NCBI RefSeq assembly: GCF_036588685.1
Contig: NC_086378.1
Span: 23,746,001 to 23,810,000, forward strand
DNA length: 64,000 nt
Direction: 5' to 3'
Origin: Mytilus trossulus
Taxonomy: Eukaryota
The translations under genes were made by a program, and so were the position numbers. The notes beneath the pieces are model-generated. The model was not told where the DNA came from, did not search any database, and saw only the letters and a list, made by a program, of their open reading frames with translations. Shown piece by piece: positions 53,100-64,000 of the stretch; positions within the stretch are counted from its first letter, which is position 1; every line of letters begins with the position of its first letter.

Positions 53100-56000
53100 T
53101 AATTTAGACAACAATTAATTAGAAGTTCACTATTAAATTGATATGGTTTTATATCTTTTATTATATTTGTTTAAGTTTTTAAAATTGTTATATTTGATTT
53201 GGTTTTGCATGCTTTTAAATGATTTTATTTTCTTTGCAGTTTCGTGAAAGTACGAATTTGGGTACATGCATATTGTTTGACACTTACAGCGCGTATAGTA
53301 AGCGTATTTTTGTAACTTGTGATTAACGAAGATCTTTTTATGTTACAATACTAATGATAATAATCAAAAAATCTTTTAACATGATTGTGTGAATGAAATC
53401 AGCAGATTATTTCGTCAGAATCTCACTTGTTTATACTTATGTTATAGTTTCTAAAAATGAATTATTTACACTAAATTTAAATGGTTTAAAGTAAACATCA
53501 ATCAATTTTGTTACACAGCATTCAGATGTAATTCTATAACATGAATTAGAAATGACCTGAATGAAAGTCATTAATATCTTTCGGAATTTTGGGTCCACAG
53601 TGCTGTTTTTGTTCGTACATAATGGTGCCTTATAAGCGCCTTCAACTGTAGCATCACTGTTAAGTTTTGAGAAGACGAAACGTGTGTGTGATGTATGAAA
53701 ATAATGCTGGTATCTGTGCCGAAGTTATATAAGAACGTTCCCCTGAAATACTGTTTAATTTCGATTAAAAGCGTTTTGTCTGAATGTTTCAGCATCGACA
53801 TTTAAATAACTAGATAATACGTCAACGGAAGTGAACTGTGAATGTTTATTGTTTATTAAAAACAAAAACCTTTAGAATGAACCGTAATAATCTCTAGTGA
53901 TAATGAGTGCAAATGCTAAGTTCTTTTTAGGCATGCTTATTATTTTACAACAATTTGAGATAAATGTTGCTTTTGTGGTTTCAATATTCGGATTGAACCT
54001 TGTGTTGTGTGCTTTTTTGTTCGTTGGTTAAGAAAAACACATATTGTGTATTTCGTTTGATTTCCCATGCATTTTAATATCTTTAAGGCGTCATACTAAT
54101 GTTCATTTACGACATGTGTATGGTACTTCTTAACATCTCAAAACCAAAGTATAATTTCATTACCTTTTATAAGACCCAACAATAACACAATTACTAAATG
54201 CCTATCAATCATTTACTTCACATGCAAGAAAACTGACATTTTCATACATGTAAACGTATTTGTAGATCATTATTCGCAGAACAATTTTGCATTTAACATT
54301 TTCGATACTTTTCCTTTAGTTTTCTAGATAATAGGCAAAACGCAAAAGAAATGGCAATAATTCTGACAAGGGTCAACTGACGATTTTAGCCATTTTATTC
54401 TAGAAGATCGTTTATGCTTATAACTATTGTTAATCATTCTTTTTTAAGAAAATATGCAAACGTAGAAAAAATAATGAAATTCGTCATTTTAAGGCTGGAA
54501 GAAGTTGATGATGATTCAATATTAATGATTGTTTGGTTAAAGATTACTCAATTTTTTTGAAATCGGTTGATGACATCTTAAAAAAATCATGGTATTGGAG
54601 ATGTCATACAACTACTGAATTTCCTCTATTAATCTTTTCGAAAATTGTTCAGAATTTGTCTTTGTTTCAAATACAGAAATACTTGGCATGAGCAGAGTTT
54701 TATTCTGTCCAGAACTATACACAATATTTCAATATCATTGCACATTAACCTATAAAAGAAAGTAAACGAATCAAATGCTCACCTCTTTTTTTTATTTTTT
54801 TTTTATCTTTGTTCAAGTTAATGTGATGTAATCTTAAGTTTCCAAAATAGTGTATAGAGGGATATATGTGTGTTCTTTTTTTCGATTGCAACCGGAAGTG
54901 AGTACTATCATTTGGTGGTAATATACCTGCATTCTACTGCCATGCAGATGATACACAAGTTCACCATCGAAAACAACAAATCATTAGATAACTAGATTGA
55001 CATCTCTGGTTTTCTAAAAACTTAAGTAGACGAAATCAAAGCTTGGATGTGTAGGAAAAAGTAAAAACACAAAAATACTGAACTCCGAGGAAAATTCAAA
55101 AAGGAAAAGCAAAAAGCAAAAAGCAAAATCAAAAGTTCAAACACATCAAACGAGTGGATAACAACTGTCATATTCCTGACTTGGTACAGGCATTGGTACA
55201 GGAACATATTGTCCAACAAGCTATACTGTCAAACATCAATAAAAGTTTTTTTGATTGAGCCCAACTAAGCGAATCGCATACAGTCTGATTTAAAAATTGT
55301 GATTGTTTTTTTTTAAAAACATTCAGAATGCAGCAACATACCTCTGTAATTATCCAATCACGTTTTCTTCAGATTCGTTAAAACATATAGGACGAACTCG
55401 ATCCTATATTATAACGGACGCTTGAAAAAAATGTACCATGCTTTCTTGTTACGTCCCTTCATGATTAAGGTTAAGTGTTAAAAAATGGTGTGAGCGCCTC
55501 GATATTCTGTCCAAACGTCAACGTCTTTAGAAACCGCTGGCAGGTTAGTAACCAGCAAAACGAAAGTTGAAAATATACCTCAAGGACTTTTGACTCTTCA
55601 CTGGTTGCCATTTCAATTGTAATGCTAATATCAACTGCTGCTGAACGCATTAATGAACTTGTTTTTCTTTATCTAAACAACGCCATAGTGTGTACGGACC
55701 AATACGATCCTTGCGACGTGACAATGCTGCTTTTTCGTTGTGGTAGCAGTTTCCTTCCAGCAAGTCTTCGTAATGGACAATCACTAGTCAGATATATTTA
55801 AAAAGGACTGAAGACTCATTTATCAATGATTTATGGATTTATTATTGTAAATACCGGAATCCGGGATAGATTGTTTTTGACCGCTGTTGATTTGCTTCAA
55901 TAATCATTGTATTAAATTGATTTGCTGTGTTTCTGTATATTCTGGATATAACTGTTTACTATGAGTCGTTGTCTGTTGTTAACATTAACAAAGAAGCAGC

Positions 56001-57435
56001 ATAGTCTTTGTTAAATGGACACTTTAAAAAAATGTACAGTATTTACCTTTTTTTAAACCAAAGAAATACTTTGCATGTATAAAGTTTAATCCTTTCAGTG
56101 CTACAATGAAAATTTCACACTACATTTCATTGTATATAAGAACCATCCCCGGAAGTAAACAGCCCAATTTTTACACTGTTATTTACTGGTTACCTAGTAT
56201 TTAACCTTAACGTTCCATAATATTTTATAAGACCATCAAATAAATAAAGAATGATGCTTTCAGACACCCAAAATACATGTTTATGACTCAGAAAATTTAA
56301 CTGCATTGAAATGCAGGGCTAATTTTCTACAACTGTCAAATTCAATGGACTATTTTTATAGGCTTACTTTCGTACAACCGGATGTGATGTACCATGATTT
56401 GGTGGTATTACACCTGCAGCGATTTAGAAAGATAAGTTTATAACTATTTATAATCCATACATATTATTTAGTTTAGATAATTTTTTTTTGAGATTTAACA
56501 AATTCATTGATAGTTGTTTAATCTGTTTGTTTTTTTAGTTTAAAATGTTTATATTTGATTTGATTTTGCATACTTCTAAAAGCATGTGATACTTTCGACA
56601 ATGTTGAAGTAACATGTCTATTGTTAAACATGTAAAGCGCTTAGAGTTATTGTATTGTTTTAATAGCAGTTAATATGCACGTTACAAATACCATGNNNNN
56701 NNNNNNNNNNNNNNNNNNNNNNNNNNNNNNNNNNNNNNNNNNNNNNNNNNNNNNNNNNNNNNNNNNNNNNNNNNNNNNNNNNNNNNNNNNNNNNNNNNNN
56801 NNNNNNNNNNNNNNNNNNNNNNNNNNNNNNNNNNNNNNNNNNNNNNNNNNNNNNNNNNNNNNNNNNNNNNNNNNNNNNNNNNNNNNNNNNNNNNNNNNNN
56901 NNNNNNAGTGTTTCACCGAGGAAAACGCAAGTACCAAGCACAAGTCAGGAACATGACAGTTGTTATTCATTCGTTTGATGTGTTTCAGCTTTTGCGTTTG
57001 CCATTTGGTAAGAACTTCCTGTTTAGAATTTTCCTCGGAGTAAGTTTTTTGTTATTTTACTTTCTACATGTACACATAAACAGGAAATCTCACCTTAAAT
57101 ACTGTTTTGAGTATGTTAAGTTTAAAGCTATTTATGGGAATAATTTAAAATCGACATTTACATTAGGCGTCATCTGAAGTGGACTGTAAATGTCATTGTT
57201 CATTCCAAACAAAAAACCTTTCAAGTGAAACGTACTAATCTTTTGAAGTGATTATCAAGTTCATTGTAGTCTGAGGCACGGGGTGCGGGATTTTCTCGCT
57301 GCGTTTAAGACGCATTTGTGACCTTCGGTTGATATCTGCTCTTGGTCGGGTTGTTGTCCATTTGACATATTACTCATTTCCATTCTCAATTTTATTGCTT
57401 ATCGTTTTGTAACAACTTTAGACGAATATTGCTGC
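53100..57435 (+). repeat. Diverged local duplication (~53100-53975 vs ~56470-57435)
   Basis: Shared collinear blocks TTATATTTGATTTG.TTTTGCAT, AAATACTGTTT, TCGACATTTA, GAAGTG.ACTGT.AATGT, AAAAACCTTT..GAA.CGTA.TAATC and GCTTAT..TTTT..ACAA.TT. Confidence 0.7.
56696..56906. other. Assembly gap (N run)
   Basis: 211 consecutive N. Confidence 1.
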
Positions 57436-59781
57436 AGTGTTTAAATAATCACAACAAGGACACATAAACAGACGGTGCTAAAACGTGTTTTAATCCGTAT
57501 TTTGTTTTATACATTTGATACATATAAGTAATTTATCATTTAAATTCATCCAAAATTATCGAAATAAAGGCAACAGTAGAATACCGCTGTTCGAAATTCA
57601 TAAATCGCTGGAGAAGAAACAAATCCGAGTTACAAACCAAAACTGAGGTAAACGTATCAAACATAAGAGGACCATGACACAACAGAAACACAACATTAAA
57701 ATAAAACATACATAGATACGAACTATAATATAACAGTGTCAATTTCCCTGACTTGGTACAGGGCATTTTAAGATAAAAATGGTGGGTTGAACCTGGTTTT
57801 GTCGAATGCCAAACCTCCCGCTTTAATGGCAATGTTAATGATAATACCTTATTGTTTAAATAGTTTGAGGATGTCACTAATTTAGATTTTACGCAAACAT
57901 AATAGTGCGTTTAAGGAACAAAGAATAATAATATATGTGGTATATAGTGACTGTGTCTTTTTATATGCTGTAATGTTATACTATTGTTACCGGTAAGTTG
58001 AAGGTCAGTACCGATTTAAACTTTCAAACCCTTTGCATTTGTCCTAAACCAAAAACCAGAATTTTTGTGGTTGTTGTTTGTTAATGTTTTTCAAAAAAGG
58101 GTTTCTCGTTTTACGTTTTTTTATAAAGACTTGACCGTTAGTTTTCGATTTGATTGTTTTACAGTATTCATGTTGATGTCCTTTATAGCTTACTGCTCGG
58201 TGTTAGCCAAGACTCATATCACATCTTGTATATCAATATATGAATGAAACAGCATCAAAACGACAAAAATAACCAATTGAAATACATCTACAGGGCAATA
58301 TCGCGTCCTCATGAATAGACAAGTATATATACAATATGTCAAAGTTGTGTCGCCATAAGTCTATACAAATTGTACATTGTTTTAACCAAAACATTTTCAG
58401 AATTGCCACTTGACAAAAATCTGCTATCACCAAGATTTCTCAAACGGGACAAAGTCAATGTCAACAGGGTTTTCAACTGATTTATAGTTTGTTCTGATAT
58501 TGTATTGTTACAACACTCTCCCATGTTAGAATAAGGTTTGGGATCACACTAACATTTTTAACCCCGCCATTTTCTGTATGTTTGTGTCTGTGCCAAGTCA
58601 GGATCCTGTAATTTGTGGTTGTCGTTTGTTGATGTGTTACATATTGTTTTCCTTCATTTCTTTATTCTTTATGCATAAATAGGACCGTTGTTTTTATTTC
58701 GTTTGAATTGTTTCAAATTAGTCGTTTCAGGGCCGTTTATGGCTGACTATGCGGTATGTAATTTGCTTATTGTTACAGGCACTTTGGTAACCTATAATTG
58801 TCAATTTCTGTATCATTTGATCGTTTCTAGAGAGTTGTCTCAATAGCAATCATACAGTCAGCATCTTTTTTTTTATATTTTAAATGTACATTTAGAGATC
58901 TCAAATCTCCCAAATACTTACCTTTTGACGTTATAGGTTGTGGAAACACCGTTACGCTCTGAATTTTAGACAAAGAAAGACAAATATGGATATATAAATC
59001 ATTGGATTAAACATAGGATTATGTTTATGTATATCAAAGCTGTCAACGAAAATACATTTGAATTTGAATTTTTTTTTTTTTTTTATTTATTGTTAACTGA
59101 GATACAATATTGACTTCAAATCTATATGTTGATTAGGAACCCTAGTAAATAAGCTTTACGTATTAGAAATCATGCCTTTCAGTTGTTTATTTGTAAAACT
59201 TGTTTTCATCGAATCAAAATAAAACTATTTTTGAATTGAATAGTCTACAACTTAAAAAAAAACTGCTCATCCACTAGATACGCTAAAAACAGTTGTAACA
59301 GGTTTAATTGTTAAAGTAATGTTTATTGGGTATATGTATTAGTGAAAGATAAGTTTGACATGCAAGTCCAACGAGATGATAAATATTATAAATTAAGATA
59401 GATGTAAATTGATAAATAAAAATATCATTCCCTGCGGGTATCATCAGACTATAGGTTCGTGAATCTAAACTGATATGATCGATTAATATATTCTCATTTA
59501 ATCAATTTACACAATATTAAGAAAAACACCTAATCAGTTAATTGATTAATGTGCACACAAATGAACTTCTTAGACAAACTTGACCTGGTGTCGAATCGAC
59601 TATTGCCCCATTTTGGTGTATCACAAGTGTTCAACTTATCAAGCATGTCCTCTTTTTTATTTTTATTTTGGGGTTCATCATCTGTAGTACAGTTTGAACC
59701 ACTTTTGAAATATCTATGAGCATATTTAAAGAATTTTTTTTATTTTACCTTCTTGAATACAATTAACGGTACCAATTTTCT

Positions 59782-59826
59782 TGCACCAGATACGCATTTC
59801 GACAATACATGTCTCTTCATTGATGC
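59782..59826 (-). ncRNA. Second family B hammerhead, core C3 mutated to A (probably inactive)
   Basis: GCAUCA-AUGAAGA-GACAUGUAUUGUC-GAAA-UGCGUA-UC-UGGUGC. Confidence 0.8.
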
Positions 59827-60135
59827 TCGTGGCCAAAATAAAATCCAAAGCTTATATAAAAGATGAAGAGCTATAATCCAAAAGGTCCAAAAAGTATAGC
59901 CAAATCCGTGAAAAGGAATCAGAGCTTTGCATGAGGGAGATACATTACTCAATTTATAATAATTTCTATCATTTTGTAACAGCTTATTTTAATAACGCAA
60001 AAAAAATCCGTATTTTCATGCCAGTACCGAAGTACTGGCTACTGGGGTGGTGATACCCTCGGGGACTAATAGTCCACCAGCAGAGGCATCGACCCAGTTG
60101 TAGTAATATAATTAACGGTACCAATTTATTTAATT

Positions 60136-60181
60136 TGCACCAGATGCGCATTTCGACAATACATGTCTCTTCAGTGATGCA
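60136..60181 (-). ncRNA. Type I minimal hammerhead ribozyme, intact core (family B)
   Basis: Minus strand UGCAUCA-CUGAAGA-GACA-UGUAU-UGUC-GAAA-UGCGCA-UC-UGGUGCA: 7-bp stem I, 4-bp stem II, palindromic stem III AUGCGCAU, AUC triplet. Confidence 0.9.
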
Positions 60182-63100
60182 CGTGGCCAAAATATTTGAA
60201 ATCCAAAGCTTATATAAAAGATGAAGAGCTATAATCCAAAAGGTCCAAAAAGTATAGCCAAATCCGTGAAAGAAATCAGAGCTTTGCATAAGGGAGATAC
60301 ATTCCTCAATTAAAAATAATGTCTATCATTTTGTTTCAGCTAATTTTAATAACACCAAAAATCCGTATTTTCATGCCAGTACCAATATTCAATTATTATC
60401 CATTGTAACATGTTACAGGTATCTAATTTTCTACGAACTTCGTTTATATCTGCTTTTGACTTTAGGATAAGCACATCCTTGACATGTTTTTTTTTTAATT
60501 AGGTCTTTTAGTTTGACTTACTTGGTTATTATAAAATGTGCACATCAATACAATACTAGAAGCTATATCAATCGGATTTCATTCGATGGTTAATTGGGTA
60601 GGTTAGTGAGCAATCTAAACGTGTTTGCTTTTTGTCTAAAAATGAAATGAAGAAATTATTAAAGTGTTTAACAAATAAAATTGATGAGAGTTAAGACATA
60701 ATACGAAGTCTTTCTATTGGTAAATTACCCACACAGTTAACCTTAATAACAGATTCAAGCGCTAAGAACAGACTAGGAAAAACAAGCCCTGGAGTCAATT
60801 CAATTCTAACCTAGTTAAACCGGATTGGATATTCTTCATTATTATAGGAGCTGCTGGTAAAATATAACCCCATTTAATTTAGTTAAAATGAATATGTAAC
60901 AAAAGATGATGTTATATAATAGAAGACGCTTTAAGGGATACTCTATTTCATCTTTTATCTTATTTGATAATATTTATGTCATCTACCAAAAATACTTTGC
61001 CATTATTTAAATGTTTCCTGATAATGAGAACAAATATAACGCCACTACGAACTTGATATATACCTGATCAAAGTTCAAACTAATAAAAGAGGTTGATAGA
61101 CAAATAGAATGATAAGGGCTGTCCTACCATACCTGCAAACAGTGTAGGTTTTACAGAAAATGTGCAAGCCCTTCATTGTACAGGAATCATTATATGTGCA
61201 ACTAAATGAGGACATTAACATAAAAAAATGTGCAGCTATCACGACGATATTTGTGCCAGAATATGACTGGTCATTTTTGTTATTAACTTTAAAGGTAAAC
61301 CATTGTTAATATGAAGCTAGATAATATAAAAGTTGACGGAAATATGATATTTGTAATAAGCACAAATAACGCAAGGCTTATTTTTCATCATCATCCTTAC
61401 AAAAATGGATCGGCTTGGAAAATTGACAATTGTTATGATAGTGTTATTCTATTTGTATTTGTATTTGTAACTGTTAAGTCTATTTTTCATGACATACTTT
61501 AAGTGGCTCGGTACTTATACATTCCGCAATTTAATTGAATGTTGTCTTTAATTTTTGCCTTTTTGCTTTTTTTCATAGCAATTTCTTTTTCTTTGTTTTC
61601 CATTTTTTTTGTTTTTGTAGTTATTAAAAAATTTCACAATGTTGACTGCTGTACTCTTATTTTTGACATTTTAACCTCTATTTTGTTTACACTTCATTGT
61701 CAATAAAATGATATAATACTCCAACATTGTCTACGTAAGTTAAGTTTTAACAATAATTAGTTATAGTGGATACAGATTACAACTAATATCAATCCCTTTC
61801 TACTTTGCGAGTGCGAGTGCTGCCTTGTAGCGGCATTAGCTTACTCTTTTACGAATTTTACAAGGGTGTCTTTTTCATGCAAGTGATATTGCTATATTTC
61901 TCTAAAGACAGGTCAGCTATTTATCGTCCCCTTCCGACTGACTATCATCATTTCTCAAGACTCGCTAATGGTGTCAAGCATTTTTGTCAAGAGAGAGCTG
62001 AAACTAAGTCCCGGAAATGAAATATCTCTACCAATCCAGAAATATGACAGTTGTTTTCCGTTCTTTCAAGTGTTTTAACACTTGATTTTACCTACTGATA
62101 AGGGACATTCCGTTTTTAATTTTCCTTTGAGATCAATATTTTATTTATTCTAATTTTTCAAACATTCTTTAATTGTACACTTTTCGTTAGGGGTTTTATT
62201 AAATTGTTTATTAAGTTTTTGTTGTGCTTTATTGAATGAATCAGTTATGAGTTTTTATAAACTATTTTAAGTGAACTTCTCATTTCAAGAAGACATCATC
62301 CACCAAACACGTTCGACCATTTTTTTTACATAAATATGCAAAATGAGCGATGAGCACGATGAACATGACGTTCCTAACCAGGGCTAGTGGATCGTCATGT
62401 GAAAAAGACCTATATTAAAAAGTAGTAGTGTTTCTAACGATGTTCTTTCTTTATTTTTTCGTCAACTATATTCTTTGATTAGACACAAGACAGGCGGTTC
62501 AACCAGAACAAAAACAAACTAATATATACCAATGAAGCCCAAAAAGGGAAATATTAAATTCAACAGCCACATGCATGACTTTTTTTTTCAATATTACAAA
62601 ATAAGTGCTTATTACTAAAAAAACATATTCAGAGAGCTTTTAGCCGGATAAAATATACTGAGCCAAAAAGGTTTAGCAACATAAATGTGAAATTTTATTA
62701 TATCACAAAATCATAACAACATATAATTTTAATAATTACAGAATAAAATTATGACATGTCAGAAGCGACATGAATGTTCATCACCCACATTGACTAGGAT
62801 TACTTTTGTATTGAGCGCGGAAGGATAAAAATTCGGAAATGAGTATAGTGTTATTCAAAATCAATTTCTCAGCTATGTCCTCAGTGCACCAATGAAGGAT
62901 TGGTAGGCACACCAGCAGCAGCGAAAACATATTGTCACGTGTAAACGTAAAGCGAATGTAGCGCTCCTCCCTTTGACGATTTTGTTTTTGGTCTATAGAT
63001 ATCGACCTATACTATGCAGTTGCAATTTGTCGATATCTGTTTGTTAGTCTCTAAATTGTTGCCTTATGTACATTAAATCGAGCCGCGATGTAAGCAACAC

Positions 63101-64000
63101 TCATTCTGGCATCAAAGCTTTCTGACGGTCATTTTTGGGGAGGCCTGGTTGACGCCCCATGCAATATTTTCAAAGGCGTATGTGTTTTTCTTATCAATGG
63201 TGTGTTTCTGAACGTTATTGATAAATAATTTTCTAATATCGTTTAAAAAGAACAGGAACAGAAGGTTAAACATCAGTTACACTAGCAAAGCTGAAATGGC
63301 GCGAAATCGATCACCAGGACAAAAGTACGATTGTTTTAAATTACAGGTTAAACTAAGGATTATATCAATAATGTTTAAATTTGTTTTCTCCAAAAACAAC
63401 AAAATCAAAAAAATCAAAATAAAGTGTTGCTAAACTTATTGGCTCAGTATATTATTCACAGACGCAATAGTTCAAGTTATTCAATTTTTATTACATTTTA
63501 AAGACCTTTATTACATTTACTCGGTGTTGTGTGGTACAGTCTGCCAAGATAATTGATATTGAAGTTAGAGTGTTATTTACATGCAATCTTATCCGGAAAC
63601 GTGGTCGAAATATTTTTTTACGGTCTTTAAAACTGATAATACAAGTGAGAAACTATTAATCAACGGCTTTGCGACAGTTTGAATGGACAATTTGTTTTCC
63701 TAGCGTGGTTATTTTAGAAAAATATTCACAACTATAATTTAAGTGCATAGCAGAGAATAAATTAAGCAAGATAAATAACAAACGATGTGAGTTATTTGTG
63801 AGTGAAAACGAATAAAAATGACATAAATAACCAATTTAAAGACATCTAGAGGGCAATATCTAGTCTTCATGAAGGTGTAATACCACCAAATCATGGTACG
63901 TCACATCCGGTTGTATACGAAAGTAGGTCGAAATAAATATTCCTTTGAATTTTGACTGTTTTAAGTTATCCATCCTTCATTTTATTGCAGTAAAACATTT

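Larger units (their letters stand above)
59761..60385 (-). mobile_element. Tandem retrozyme family B, ~1.75 units of 354 nt
   Basis: Near-identical tandem units beginning AATTAACGGTACCAATTT; equivalent cleavage positions at 59789 and 60143. Confidence 0.92.

Noticed and set aside
56647-56970. ORFs containing X runs
   Set aside because: Artefacts of the N gap.
709-63433. Remaining 60-125-aa ORFs, including any transposase or RT
   Set aside because: Composition is typical of random AT-rich DNA or repeats, with no DDE, RT, Rep/helicase or other domain motifs; autonomous partners are not in this window.

Overview
AT-rich animal genomic DNA with introns and dense repeats. The repeat families resemble those of a bivalve such as Mytilus (inference). 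There are two credible protein-coding genes, both on the + strand and both with a short upstream exon missed by the ORF track: a secreted leucine-rich-repeat protein (main exon 9038-10366) and a rhodopsin-class peptide GPCR (proposed exons 27208-27247 and 28320-29488). The rest is mostly non-autonomous mobile DNA: Merlin-like, Kolobok-like, TA-TSD and 5-bp-TSD MITEs, Helentron-associated (HINE) elements, a Helitron, and a 5.8-kb TIR element carrying periodic RFX X-box palindromes. The main signal is a hammerhead-ribozyme retroelement (retrozyme) system of two or three ~350-nt families. They carry minimal type I hammerheads with covarying stems and a self-complementary stem III; cores are intact at 7701-7744 (+) and 60136-60181 (-). 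Families A and B also share a conserved ~57-nt pseudoknot-like module, and their insertions end at a fixed point just 5' of that module. An assembly gap spans 56696-56906. Coordinates and alignments were counted by eye, and repeat boundaries are approximate.
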